The notes below the pieces were generated by a model. It was given only the letters and a program-made list of their open reading frames with translations. It did no database searches and was not told the DNA's origin. From positions 2,320 through 66,319 of the forward strand of contig CAWEOB010000002.1 of NCBI GenBank assembly GCA_963810635.1: a DNA stretch of 64,000 bases, read 5' to 3'. Each line of letters begins with the position of its first letter. Position 1 is the stretch's first letter. This document shows positions 1 through 9,529 of the stretch, piece after piece. The stretch is from an uncultured Actinomycetes bacterium (GTDB lineage Bacteria; Actinomycetota; UBA4738; HRBIN12). Position numbers and translations under genes: made by a program.

Positions 1-395
1 TCGATCGCGACGGTGATGCCGGCGGCGCCCTCGACGCCGGCGAGCTCGTCGTCGAGCCACCGACGGTACGTGCGCTGCCACCGGTAGGGAGGGTGCATCA
101 CCACGAGAGGAATCCCGGCCGTCTCCGCCACCTGGACGGCCGTGCGGATCTTCCCGATGGGATCCGTCCCCCAGACGCGTCGCGTCAGCAGCAATGCCGG
201 CGCGTGCAGCGCACCGATCGTGAGCCCGTGCTCGGCGGCCAGCCGGCGCATGACCGCGGGGTCCTGGCTGGCGGGATCCTTCGTCACCATGATCTCGACG
301 CCCGTGTAGCCGCACTCCGCCACGAGCCGGAAGGTGTCGGCGAGGGGGCGCGCGAAGAAAGCGGCGGACGAGAAGAGGAGGGAAGGGCCGGCCAC
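1..395 (-). CDS. sugar phosphate isomerase/epimerase (xylose-isomerase-like TIM barrel), N-terminal part; gene runs off the window
   Basis: My own minus-strand translation from GTG at 395..393 reads VAGPSLLFSSAAFFARPLADTFRLVAECGYTGVEIMVTKDPASQDP...GIPLVVMHPPYRWQRTYRRWLDDEL and stays open to position 1. It is absent from the supplied track because no stop lies in the window. Confidence 0.5.
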   Translation of the reverse strand, partial: MAGPSLLFSSAAFFARPLADTFRLVAECGYTGVEIMVTKDPASQDPAVMRRLAAEHGLTIGALHAPALLLTRRVWGTDPIGKIRTAVQVAETAGIPLVVMHPPYRWQRTYRRWLDDELAGVEGAAGITVAI

Positions 396-451
396 GACCC
401 AAGGCTAACCTCGGGACGCGGCGTCGGGCGCCGCGACCCCCCGTATCCTGG

Positions 452-1166
452 GTGCCCATGTGGGTGTTCCCCCTCGTCGCGGCCATCGTCGCGTTCGCCT
501 TCGCGGGCGCGTTGAGCCGGCAGTACCTGGGGCGGCGACGTCCCTCGCAACTCGTGTGGGCGCTCGCCCTCGTCATGTACGGCGCGGCGTCCTTGGCCGT
601 GATGATCGGTGCCTTGAGCGGCTGGACGCCGTTCCTCTTCGAGCTCTACTGGACGTTCGGCGCCGTGCTCACGGTCCCGTTCCTGGCGGGCGGGGAGATA
701 CCTCCTGCTCGTCCGAGGGCGGGCCGTGGTCTGGGTGGTGGGGCTCGCTTTGATCTTCGTCGTCGCGTACACCCTGGCGGTGCTCGCGGGCGCTTCGTAC
801 GATCTCGTGGCGCTCGCCGAGCGCCTGCCGTCGGGGAAAGAGGTCTTCGGCGACGGCGCCCCGGCGCACCGGCTCCCGCAGCTGATCTCGATCCCCTCCT
901 ACCTGATCCTCGTCGGTGGCGCGCTGTGGTCCGCTTGGAAGATGCGCGGGCACCCCGAGCTCCGCGATCGCTTCCTCGGCACGCTCCTCGTCGTGCTCGG
1001 TGCCTCGATCACGGCGGTCGGTGGGTCCGCGTTCGCCGCGCTCGGCAAGCTGCCGCAGTTCTCGGTGACGTTGCTCGCCGGCATCGCCGTCATGTATTGG
1101 GGCTTCCTCCGCGCGTCACGACGCGTCGAACCGGCAGCGTCCGTCGCTGCCGAACCCGTGTCCTGA
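452..1166 (+). CDS. multi-pass membrane protein of unknown function, with an apparent frameshift near 695-701
   Basis: ORF 452.. begins with hydrophobic helices (MPMWVFPLVAAIVAFAFAGAL...TVPFLAGGE). It loses sense after about 698. ORF 726..1166 in the next frame continues with helices, and that frame is open back to 699 (YLLLVRGRAVVWVVGLALIF). Start is GTG 452 or ATG 458. Confidence 0.5.
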
Positions 1167-1340
1167 CACCGATCCGACGCCGACCGACCCGGTCCCCGGG
1201 TGATCCGATCCCCGCAACGGCGCGAAGCAGGGACGTGCCGCCACCTCGAGGAAGGGGGAGCGAGGCGTCACGGCGGAGGGACCGCCGGCGCCGGTGCGCG
1301 GCCGTTCGATGCCACCCATCTCCCGACGGAAGGAGCAGCT

Positions 1341-2740
1341 TTGTCTCGTCTCCGAACCGCGCTCGCGGCAGCCGCCTCGGCGCTGGCGCTCGGGGCCGGT
1401 CTGTTCGCAGGACTGGCGCCGAACCCATCGATCGCGTCGAGCCACCGCGAAGCGCCGCTGGTCGCAGCCGACCCCCAGGTCGACAACACGGATCTCTACG
1501 CGTTCCGCTCGCCGTCCCGGCCGGGGTACGTGTCGTTCGTCAGTTCCTGGATCCCCTTCGAGGAACCGGCGGGTGGCCCGAACTTCTACCTGTGGGCCGA
1601 GCACACGAACTACGACATCAACATCGACAACGACGGGGACGCACGCGCGGACCTGATCTACCGGTACACGTTCGACACGAGGTACCGGAACCCGGACACG
1701 TTCCTCTACAACACCGGGCAGGTCACGTCCTTGAACGACCCTGATCTGAACATCAACCAGACCTACGACCTGGTCCGGATCGACGTCGATCGGCACACGA
1801 GCCGCAAGCTCTTCGACAACGAGAAGGTCGTGCCGAGCGATGTCGGCGCCGCGTCGATGCCCAGCTACCACGGGCTCTTCAACGGCGGCATCGACAAGAA
1901 CCTGGGTTCGTACTCGTGGGTCGGACAGTCCGATGACGCGTTCTTCCTCGACCTCCGCGTGTTCGATCTGCTCTACGGGACCGATCTGACGGAGGCCGGC
2001 GACGACACCCTCCACGGGTTCAACGTCAACACGATCGCACTCGAGGTGCCTCGCGACGTCGTCCGCGGTCCGAACGACTCGGTGATCGGCGTGTGGAACA
2101 CGGCGTCGCGTCCAAGCATGCGGGTCCAGCACGCCGACGGTACCCAGACCTTCAGCGGGAGGGACGTCCAGGTCTCGCGACTGGGCATGCCGCTCGTGAA
2201 CGAGGTCGTCGTGCCCGTCGGCGCGAAGGACTACTTCAACGGCTCGCGTCCGAAGGACGACGAGCAGTTCCTGGCGAAGGTGCAGGACCCCGAGCTGCCG
2301 CGGCTGATCGGCGCCGTGTACCCGACGTTCTTCCCGAACGTTCCGGACAGCGACCCTGGTACCGCGGGATCCAGCGGGCCGACCTGATCCAGGTGTTCCT
2401 GACCGGGGTCCCAGGGCTCAACATGCCGGATGGCGTGGAGCCCGCGGAGATGCTCCGCCTGAACCTCGACACGCCGCTCTGCGGTCGCCATGGCGCTCCC
2501 GCGTGCAGCAGGCTCGGGGTGCTTGGCGGCGACCTCCAGGGATTCCCGAACGGGCGGCGGCTCAGCGACGACACGATCGACATCTCGCTGCGCGCGGTGA
2601 TGGGCGTGCTGCTCGCGAACCACGATCCGGCGGCGGAGACGCTCGGCGATGGTGTCGACGCCAACGAGTCCCCGTTCCTCGGTCACTTCCCGTACGTGGC
2701 CTACCCGCACAGCGGCTCGGACCCAGGCCCGCACGCGTGA
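1341..2740 (+). CDS. secreted DUF4331-family protein, with an apparent frameshift around 2350-2385
   Basis: TTG 1341 is preceded by GGAAGGAG. A signal-like N-terminus (LSRLRTALAAAASALALGAGLFAG) is followed by SSHREAPLVAADPQVDNTDLYAF and PNFYLW...NIDNDGDARADL, typical of DUF4331. The C-terminal part (RADLIQVFLTGVPGLN...FPYVAYPHSG) lies in the frame of ORF 2093..2740. Confidence 0.75.
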
Positions 2741-2759
2741 GGTCGGAAGGATGAGGCCG

Positions 2760-2791
2760 GTGGGGGCCGCGCCGGGAGGCGCGGCCCCCAC
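2760..2791 (+). terminator. GC-rich hairpin (14-bp perfect stem, GGGA loop) between the DUF4331 and TPR genes
   Basis: gtgggggccgcgcc-ggga-ggcgcggcccccac, read directly. It starts 20 nt after the stop at 2740 and is followed by GGAGGAG and ATG 2816. There is no T-tract, which is common in high-GC genomes. Confidence 0.45.
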
Positions 2792-2815
2792 CACCCATCG
2801 GAGGAGTCCGAACCC

Positions 2816-4153
2816 ATGAAGAAGGCCTCCCGTCTCGCCGTGGCGGTCACCCTGGGCGTCGCGGTGTTCGCCCTGGGCGCGCTGGGGGTGGTGCGGCTTC
2901 GGCCGGCGCCGGAGGCGCCGGCGGCAGCCGCACCACCGATCGCCGACGCCGGCGTGCTCCAGCGAGCCACCGCAGGTGGCTCGCTGGATGCGACCATCGC
3001 GTCCTTGCAGGATCGCCTCCGGCGGGTGCCGGGTGACTGGCAGGCCGCCGCCACGCTCGGCCTCGCCTACGTGCAGCAAGGGAGGGTGACAGCCGACCCC
3101 TCGTACTACCCGAAGGCCGACCGGATCCTGGCGGTGTCTCTCGGAGCCCGGCCGCACGACAACGCACCGGCGTTCGTCGGGCTCGCGGCGCTCGCCTCAG
3201 CGCGACATGACTTCGCCGATGCACTGGTGTTCGGGCGTCGGGCCGTCCGAGCGAACCCCGCCGATGGCAACGTTTACGGCGTCGTCGGCGACGCGCTGCT
3301 CGAGCTCGGCCGGTACCCGGCCGCCTTCGCGGCCTTCCAGAGGATGGTGGATCTCGAGCCCGGGCTCGCGTCGTACGCACGGGTCTCCTACGCACGCGAG
3401 CTCACCGGTGATCTCGAGGGTGCGGTTGCCGCGATGCAGGCGGCTCGCGACGTCGCCGGCACCCCTGAGGACATCGCGTTCGCGAGCTACCAGCTCGGAC
3501 AGCTCGCCTGGAACACCGGGAACGTCGATGAGGCCGCCCGCCGCTACCGTGAGGCCGCCGCGTTCGACCCCGACTGGGTCGAGCCGCTCGCCGGTCTGGC
3601 GAAGGTCGCGTGGGCTCGCGGCGATCTCGCTGCAGCGATCGACGGCTACCGGACGGTGGTGAACCGATCGCCGCTCCCGGAGCACGTCGTGATGCTCGGT
3701 GATCTGCTCTGCTCGGCGGGCGACCGGGAAGGGGCGTCGCTCCAGTTCGACCTCGCCAGAGCCGAAGTTGACCTCATGAGCGCCTCCGGCGTTTCGGTGG
3801 GGCTTGAGCTCGCCCTCTTCGAGGCCGATCACGGCGATCCCGCAGCGGCCGTGGATGCCGCGCGGGAGGAGTGGCACCGACGGCGGAGCGTCCAGGTGGC
3901 CGACGCCTACGCGTGGGCCCTGCACGCGGCGGGACGCGATCGTGCCGCGGCGAGGCTCTCCCGGCGAGCCTTGGGCCTCGGAACCATCGACGCCAGGGCC
4001 CTGTACCACGCCGGGATGATCCACCTTTCGCTCGGCGACGAGACCGCAGCGGCCACATACCTCCGCCGGGCGCTCGATGCGAACCCGTGGTTCTCCGTGG
4101 TCGGCGTCAGCCAGGCACGCCGAGCGCTCGCGACCGCAGGAGATGCGGCGTGA
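2816..4153 (+). CDS. membrane-anchored tetratricopeptide-repeat protein
   Basis: 445-aa ORF with an N-terminal TM/signal (MKKASRLAVAVTLGVAVFALGALGVV) and repeated Ala/Leu/Tyr TPR-like helices. SD GGAGGAG lies upstream. Confidence 0.7.
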   Translation: MKKASRLAVAVTLGVAVFALGALGVVRLRPAPEAPAAAAPPIADAGVLQRATAGGSLDATIASLQDRLRRVPGDWQAAATLGLAYVQQGRVTADPSYYPKADRILAVSLGARPHDNAPAFVGLAALASARHDFADALVFGRRAVRANPADGNVYGVVGDALLELGRYPAAFAAFQRMVDLEPGLASYARVSYARELTGDLEGAVAAMQAARDVAGTPEDIAFASYQLGQLAWNTGNVDEAARRYREAAAFDPDWVEPLAGLAKVAWARGDLAAAIDGYRTVVNRSPLPEHVVMLGDLLCSAGDREGASLQFDLARAEVDLMSASGVSVGLELALFEADHGDPAAAVDAAREEWHRRRSVQVADAYAWALHAAGRDRAAARLSRRALGLGTIDARALYHAGMIHLSLGDETAAATYLRRALDANPWFSVVGVSQARRALATAGDAA

Positions 4154-5610
4154 GACGCATCGTCATGCTGGCCGCGCTCACGCTCGGCGTCCTGCTCCTC
4201 GCTCCGCCGTCAGCCCTCGCGCATCCGCTGGGCAACTTCACGGTCAATCGGTACAGCGGGCTGCGGATCCTGCCGGGTGAGATCCGGGTCGAGTACGTGA
4301 TCGACATGGCGGAGATCCCGGCGTTCCAAGAGCTTCCTGCGATCGACCGCGACGGCGATGGTGCGGCGTCGGCCGACGAGCTGGCGGCGTGGGCGGAAGC
4401 CCAGGCCGAGCAGCTCGCCCCTTCCTTGATCCTGGAGGTGGACGGCGAGCGGCTGAACCTCGCACCCGAGGGCGCGAAAGCCCAGCTGCTCGCCGGCCAA
4501 GGCGGCCTCGACACGCTCCGATTCGAAGCCACCTTCGCCGCCGCGGCGCCCGAGGCGGGCCGCCTCTCGTACGAGGACAGGACCGGCGATGACCGGATCG
4601 GTTGGCGCGAGGTGACCGCTGTGGGGGTCGATGGCCTTGCCCTCTCGGGCTCGTCGGTGCCGGCGCAGAGCATCAGCGACGAGCTCCGGGCCTACCCGGA
4701 GGACGCGCTGTCGAGTCCCCCCGACGTTCGAACGATGTCCGCTACGTTCGAACCCGGCGACGGCGTGCCGGTCACGGAGCGGGACACCCGCGACGGGGGC
4801 ACCGCCCGCCCGGGCACCGAAGCCGTGCCCTTCGCGGGCGCCCTCACCGCGGAGGGGGTCCCGTTGGTGGCGCTCGCGCTCTTGATCGCGGTCGGGCTCG
4901 GCGCCTGGCACGCCCTGTTGCCCGGACACGGGAAGACCATCATGGCGGCCGCCATGGTCGGTTCCGGCGCCCGCGGACGCCAAGCGGTCTCGGTCGCGGC
5001 GGCCGTCGCCCTCATGCATTCGGCATCGGTGCTCGCGCTCGGACTCGCCGTGCTCGCCCTCGAGCGGACCTTCCGACCGGAGACGATCTACCCGTGGCTC
5101 GGCGCCCTGGCCGGACTCGCGGCCGTGGCGGTCGGCGCGTACCTCCTGCGCGCCCGGTGGGGAGCGTGGCGTCACCATCGCGCTCACGGGGCCGCCGAGC
5201 ACGATCATGGCCACGATGGTGGTGGTGCTGCCCGGCACGATCACGGAACGCTCGCGCATGGACACCCGCCCACCCATGCCGTCACGCTCGATCCGACCGG
5301 GAGGCTGGGAGCGAAAGGGCTCGTCGCCTTGGCCCTGGCCGGGGGGATCCTTCCGGCGCCGAGCGCCCTCCTCGTGATGTTGGCCGCGATCCACGCGCAC
5401 CGGGTCGTCTACGGGATCGCGCTCGTCGCGGCGTTCAGCGCCGGTCTGGCGGCTGCCCTGCTCGGCGTCGGCATCGGCGCCCTGCGAGCCCGCGACGTCG
5501 CCGCCCGGCGGCTGTCGGCCACGGCATCGCTCGCGATCCCGCTCGTGTCCGCCGCCGCCATCCTGGTGGTGGGGGCGGCCCTCACCGTGCGAGCCGTCGC
5601 GAGCGTCTGA
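4150..5610 (+). CDS. nickel/cobalt-type (RcnA/HoxN-like) metal transporter with an N-terminal extracytoplasmic domain and a His-rich loop
   Basis: GTG 4150 overlaps the TPR stop (GTGA). A signal peptide ends ALAHPLGNF. There is a DRDGDGAASADE Asp-rich motif, an HALLPGHGKT motif, a loop HHRAHGAAEHDHGHDGGGAARHDHGTLAHGHPPTH, and C-terminal helices. Confidence 0.65.
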   Translation: MRRIVMLAALTLGVLLLAPPSALAHPLGNFTVNRYSGLRILPGEIRVEYVIDMAEIPAFQELPAIDRDGDGAASADELAAWAEAQAEQLAPSLILEVDGERLNLAPEGAKAQLLAGQGGLDTLRFEATFAAAAPEAGRLSYEDRTGDDRIGWREVTAVGVDGLALSGSSVPAQSISDELRAYPEDALSSPPDVRTMSATFEPGDGVPVTERDTRDGGTARPGTEAVPFAGALTAEGVPLVALALLIAVGLGAWHALLPGHGKTIMAAAMVGSGARGRQAVSVAAAVALMHSASVLALGLAVLALERTFRPETIYPWLGALAGLAAVAVGAYLLRARWGAWRHHRAHGAAEHDHGHDGGGAARHDHGTLAHGHPPTHAVTLDPTGRLGAKGLVALALAGGILPAPSALLVMLAAIHAHRVVYGIALVAAFSAGLAAALLGVGIGALRARDVAARRLSATASLAIPLVSAAAILVVGAALTVRAVASV

Positions 5611-5623
5611 GACCCGTGGCCGC

Positions 5624-6346
5624 TCAGGCGGCGGAGGACCACGCGGGCGAGCCGGGCTCCGACGGCTTCGAGTCGACCGGCTCGACCGTCACGATCACCT
5701 CGTGGATCGGCACGGGGCCGACGACGACCTTGAGGGCGACCAGGCCGGTGGACGACGGCACGAACTCCCCGAGGTAGGCGGCTCCATCCGCGGTGATGGC
5801 CCAGAGCCGATAGATGGCGCCGAGCGGAGGCTGTGGCACATCCTCCCCGATCACGTAGAACTCCTCGACGCCCGGCGCCGACACCTCGGTGATCGGTCCC
5901 ATCTTCGTGGTCTCCGCCTGGGGGTCGTTCGCGAACTCCTGTGCTTGCTGGAGATCCGCCTGCTGGAGCGTGACGCCCCCCATCGGGGCGGTTCCGCCGC
6001 GCGTGAGGGCCAGTCCTCCGAGCCCGACCACGAGCATGACGCTGGCGGCCACGGCCACGATCCTGCCGCCGTTCCACCAGCTCTCGGCGGACCTCGCTCG
6101 GCCCCGCCTCGGATCGAGTTCGCGATGGATACGAGGCAGGAGAGTGTCGGGCGGCTCGATGACCGGAGCATCGAGCCCCAGGTCGGCCGCGACGGCGCCG
6201 AACGCCAGGAGGGTGTCGCGGCAGGTCACGCAGTCCGGGACGTGCTCCGTGAGGAGGCGGTCCGCCTCGGCCGCGTCCTCGCCGGAGAGGCTCCGCAGCG
6301 CATAGCCGGCGAGCAGCTCGTCGATGGTCTCGTGGCCGTCGGTCAC
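5624..6346 (-). CDS. anti-sigma factor (zf-HC2 N-terminus, single TM, RskA-like C-terminal domain)
   Basis: 240 aa with an HVPDCVTCRD zinc-finger-like motif and a central TM (IVAVAASVMLVVGLGGLAL). Its start overlaps the sigma gene stop by 4 nt (ATGA). Confidence 0.75.
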   Translation of the reverse strand: MTDGHETIDELLAGYALRSLSGEDAAEADRLLTEHVPDCVTCRDTLLAFGAVAADLGLDAPVIEPPDTLLPRIHRELDPRRGRARSAESWWNGGRIVAVAASVMLVVGLGGLALTRGGTAPMGGVTLQQADLQQAQEFANDPQAETTKMGPITEVSAPGVEEFYVIGEDVPQPPLGAIYRLWAITADGAAYLGEFVPSSTGLVALKVVVGPVPIHEVIVTVEPVDSKPSEPGSPAWSSAA

Positions 6347-6894
6347 TCGGTCTCCTCCAACGCCGTCCGCAGCTTGCGCATCGCGGCGAACGTCCGGGTC
6401 TTCACGGTGCCGAGCGGGATGCCCAGCTCCTCGGCGATCTGCACCTGCGTCTGACCGCCGAAATAGGCCATCTCCACCACCTGTCGCTGATCCGCGGAGA
6501 GCTCCGTCAGCGCTGCACGGACCTCCTTGCGCCGCACGCCGAGGTACGCGTCCTCGGCGACGGCTTCCGCAACGTCTTCGTCGACGACCGGCTCGAGGTT
6601 CGCCGCCTTCTGGGTCCGGGCCCGCAAACGTTCCTCGCGCCGGACCGTGTCGACGGCTCGGTGGTGGACCAGGGCGAGGAAGAAGGTGCGGAACGGACCT
6701 CGCGCCGGATCGTAGGCCTCGGGAGCCCTCCAGATAGCCAGGAAGGCGTCATGGACGACGTCCTGGGCCAGCAGCTGCTGGCCCAGGACCCGGTAGGCGA
6801 GGCCGTACGCTGTACCGCTGTACCGGCGGTACAGCTCATCGAACGCTCCGCGGTCGCCCTCCATGAGGAGCCGGTGGAGCTCGAGGTCTTCCAT
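6343..6894 (-). CDS. ECF (sigma-70 family) RNA polymerase sigma factor
   Basis: The internal start MEDLELHRLL at 6894 is preceded by GAGAAGGGGAG. Region 2 reads DVVHDAFLAIW and region 4 reads ELSADQRQVVEMAYFGGQTQVQIAEELGIPLGTVKTR. The longer 442-aa ORF is an upstream read-through. Confidence 0.85.
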   Translation of the reverse strand: MEDLELHRLLMEGDRGAFDELYRRYSGTAYGLAYRVLGQQLLAQDVVHDAFLAIWRAPEAYDPARGPFRTFFLALVHHRAVDTVRREERLRARTQKAANLEPVVDEDVAEAVAEDAYLGVRRKEVRAALTELSADQRQVVEMAYFGGQTQVQIAEELGIPLGTVKTRTFAAMRKLRTALEETE

Positions 6895-6930
6895 CTCCCC
6901 TTCTCGCACGGACCGTATCCTCGCAGAGCG

Positions 6931-7179
6931 ATGGGGGCCCACGCGCACGCCGTGATCCTGTACTCGCGTCGGGGCTGTCATCTCTGCGACGAGGCCCGCG
7001 AGGTGATCGTGGCCGTTCGCCGGCGACATCCCTTCGCGTTCGAGGAGGTCGATATCGAGCGCGAGGACGCGCTGATCCGCGAGTACGGGTTCCGCGTCCC
7101 CGTGGTCGTGGTCGATGGCCGCGAGGCGTTCGAGATCGACGTGTCCCCGGACGAGCTGGGTGCCTTGGTGGGCGGGTGA
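6931..7179 (+). CDS. glutaredoxin-like small redox protein (CxxC)
   Basis: 82 aa, MGAHAHAVILYSRRGCHLCDEAR...VVVVDGRE. It lies immediately upstream of rex, a gene order I recall from actinobacterial genomes. Confidence 0.7.
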   Translation: MGAHAHAVILYSRRGCHLCDEAREVIVAVRRRHPFAFEEVDIEREDALIREYGFRVPVVVVDGREAFEIDVSPDELGALVGG

Positions 7180-7236
7180 GCCAACGGAACACGTCGGTAT
7201 GCTCCTGTCCATGCCGCTCGGGGAGGCACCGCTTCC

Positions 7237-7923
7237 ATGGTGAGGGAACATCCCATCCCCGAAGCGACCGTGGGGCGTCTCCCGCTCTACCTGCGAGCTC
7301 TCATCGACCTCGCCGCCGCCGGTGACGCGACGGTTTCGTCGGACGACCTCGCGGAAGCTGCCGGCGTCACCTCGGCGAAGGTGCGCAAGGATCTCTCGTA
7401 CCTGGGCTCCTACGGCACGCGCGGGATCGGCTACGACGTGGCCTATCTGATCCAGGAGATCCGCCGAGAGCTGGGTCTGACGCAGCACTGGGCGGTCGCG
7501 ATCGCCGGGGTCGGCAACCTGGGCCAGGCCCTCGCGAACTACAAAGGGTTCGCCGACCGCGGGTTCCGTCTCGCGGCGCTGGTCGACGCGGATCCGGGGA
7601 AGGTGGGGGAGGAGATCGATGGTCTGCGGGTCCATCATGTGGACGATCTCCCCGCGCTGGTCAAGCGGCACGGCATCGCGATCGGGATCGTGGCCACACC
7701 CGCCCAGGCGGCCCAGGGTGTGGTCGACCGGATGGTCGCAGCCGGGATCAGGAGCATCCTGAACTTCGCCCCTGCGGTCGTCACGGTGCCTGCCAGCGTG
7801 TCGTTGCGGAAGGTGGATCTGGCGATCGAGCTCCAGATCCTCGCGTACTACGAGCAGCAGCGGGGCATGGTTCCCCAGGTCAAGCGCCGCCCCGGGTCAC
7901 GTTCGCTCACTTCGCGATCGTGA
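7237..7923 (+). CDS. rex: redox-sensing transcriptional repressor Rex
   Basis: 228 aa. Winged-helix N-terminus (IPEATVGRLPLYLRAL...LSYLGSYGTRGIGYDV) and Rossmann motif (VAIAGVGNLGQALANY), characteristic of Rex. Confidence 0.92.
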   Translation: MVREHPIPEATVGRLPLYLRALIDLAAAGDATVSSDDLAEAAGVTSAKVRKDLSYLGSYGTRGIGYDVAYLIQEIRRELGLTQHWAVAIAGVGNLGQALANYKGFADRGFRLAALVDADPGKVGEEIDGLRVHHVDDLPALVKRHGIAIGIVATPAQAAQGVVDRMVAAGIRSILNFAPAVVTVPASVSLRKVDLAIELQILAYYEQQRGMVPQVKRRPGSRSLTSRS

Positions 7924-8017
7924 CCCACACGATCGCCGCGACCACGATGATCATCAGGGTGAACAGGATGAACTGAACGCTGCCCTGATCCAGGAGGGGG
8001 ACTTCGGCTCCGAGCAT
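7907..8017 (-). CDS. candidate 36-aa single-TM micro-protein at the 3' end of the Rieske/cyt b operon
   Basis: Found by hand because it is below the track length cutoff. ATG 8017 is preceded by GGAGAGGAGGGAAG. The product is MLGAEVPLLDQGSVQFILFTLMIIVVAAIVWVTIAK. It has the same orientation as the operon, lies 34 nt after the upstream gene, and overlaps the rex 3' end by 17 nt. Confidence 0.35.
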   Translation of the reverse strand: MLGAEVPLLDQGSVQFILFTLMIIVVAAIVWVTIAK

Positions 8018-8051
8018 CTCTTCTTCCCTCCTCTCCCCGCAGGGCGTTCGG

Positions 8052-8757
8052 TCAGTTCGGCCCGTACCATGCCGGCGCCGCGCCGCCGGTCAGGAACTGC
8101 TTGCGCTTGCGTTCGGCACGGTCGAGCAGGGGCACATGCACGATGAAGAGCAGGGTGGAACCGATCAGGAACATCCACGAGTACCGCGCGACGCTCCCAC
8201 CGTCGTAGTACATCGACACGGTGGTCTGCGGGCCGCCACCGGTGAAGAACGCGGTCACCACGGCCAGCTGCGACCCGTCGTCCCCCGTCGCGAACGACGT
8301 GGACCGGACCGCGAACTGCGTCGAGGTGATGGCCGTCAGGTCCTCGTGGTCGATCCCGAGCTCCTCGTTCGCCTGATCGGCGAGGAACGCCGTGGCGGCG
8401 CTCTGGACGGACTGGATGTCGGCCGATTCGTCGGGGTCGGTGAGATCGGCCACCTTCCACGGCTCTGCCGGATAGGCATCGAACGTCGCGTTCGTTTCGT
8501 TCGCGGCCGAGAGCCCTGCCGAGGCCACCACCCAGGCAGCCTCCGAGCCTCGCGGCCCGAGGTTGGTCGGTGTGTCGGGACCTTGGGCCCAGAAGCCGAA
8601 CACCCAGAGCGAGGATTGGATGATCGATCCAGCCGAAGAACGCGACGGCGAGGACGAGGTAGCCGAGGTACCTCCCGAACACGGCCGCCAGCAGCACGTA
8701 GACGCTGCCGACGAACAGGATGAGGGCCGCGATGAGGACGCCGGCGCCCTTCGCCAT
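8052..8757 (-). CDS. membrane protein of unknown function (last large gene of the Rieske/cyt b operon), with an apparent frameshift at 8622-8629
   Basis: The N-terminus MAKGAGVLIAALILFVGSVYVLLAAVFGRYLGYLVLAVAFFGWI lies in the frame of ORF 7954..9294. It continues as IQSSLWVFGFWAQGPD... in ORF 8052..8603. The break falls on GATCGATC. Confidence 0.55.
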
Positions 8758-8801
8758 GGTGCCGCACTCGACCCCGAACCCGAGGCAGGATGCGCCGATC
8801 A

Positions 8802-9515
8802 TCAGGGCCGCTCCAGCACGGTGCCGTCGGTCTGCGCCTTCTCGATCGCGCGAGCCTCCGCATCCGGATTCAGACAGATGTTGTCTTCGAACGGGACCAC
8901 GCTCGAGCTGTAGTCGATCAGGTAGGTCACGATGTCGTTGATCTGCTGATCCGTGAGGGCGCCGGCGTAGCGGATGCTCCACGACGGCATCTGGTTCCGG
9001 CCCTCCCGGATGACCTGATAGATGTCCTCCTCGCGCGCGATCGCAGGGTGAGCGCCGTTCAGGTTGCCTTCGCAGATCGTGGACAGGTTCGGGGGGTACG
9101 CGTACGAGTCGCCCGCCACGATGATGCCGCCCTTCAGCTCGGGTCCGTGGCAACGCGTGCAGCCGACCCCGAGCTGGTTCTCCTCCGTGTAGGGATGCAC
9201 AGCCCGCGAGCCACGATCGAGAGCGAGCGCACGGAGCTCCTCTTCCTGGGCGAGGTTGCGGTCGGGTTCCACCAGCCACTGCAGGGGGAACCACACGACG
9301 AAGAACGCCAGGAGCAGGACGCCCCAGCCCTGGTACCGCTGCAACAGCGGTGTCTCGAGCGCGGCGTCGGACGGACCTGGACGCATGCCGTGCGGGATCT
9401 CGGGCGCCTTGCCGCGAGCCCTGCTCCGGGTGATCAGCGCCCCGATGGACACGAGGATCAGCACCCCACCCAGGACGAGCAGGATGACCCCGGCGATGTT
9501 GCTCTCCGCCAGCAT
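8802..9515 (-). CDS. membrane-anchored monoheme c-type cytochrome
   Basis: The internal start MLAESNIAGVILLVLGG at 9515 is preceded by GGAAGGG. There are two N-terminal TM segments, a single CXXCH (GCTRCHG) and a downstream NQMP candidate Met ligand. Confidence 0.8.
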   Translation of the reverse strand: MLAESNIAGVILLVLGGVLILVSIGALITRSRARGKAPEIPHGMRPGPSDAALETPLLQRYQGWGVLLLAFFVVWFPLQWLVEPDRNLAQEEELRALALDRGSRAVHPYTEENQLGVGCTRCHGPELKGGIIVAGDSYAYPPNLSTICEGNLNGAHPAIAREEDIYQVIREGRNQMPSWSIRYAGALTDQQINDIVTYLIDYSSSVVPFEDNICLNPDAEARAIEKAQTDGTVLERP

Positions 9516-9529
9516 CCCTTCCGGCACCT

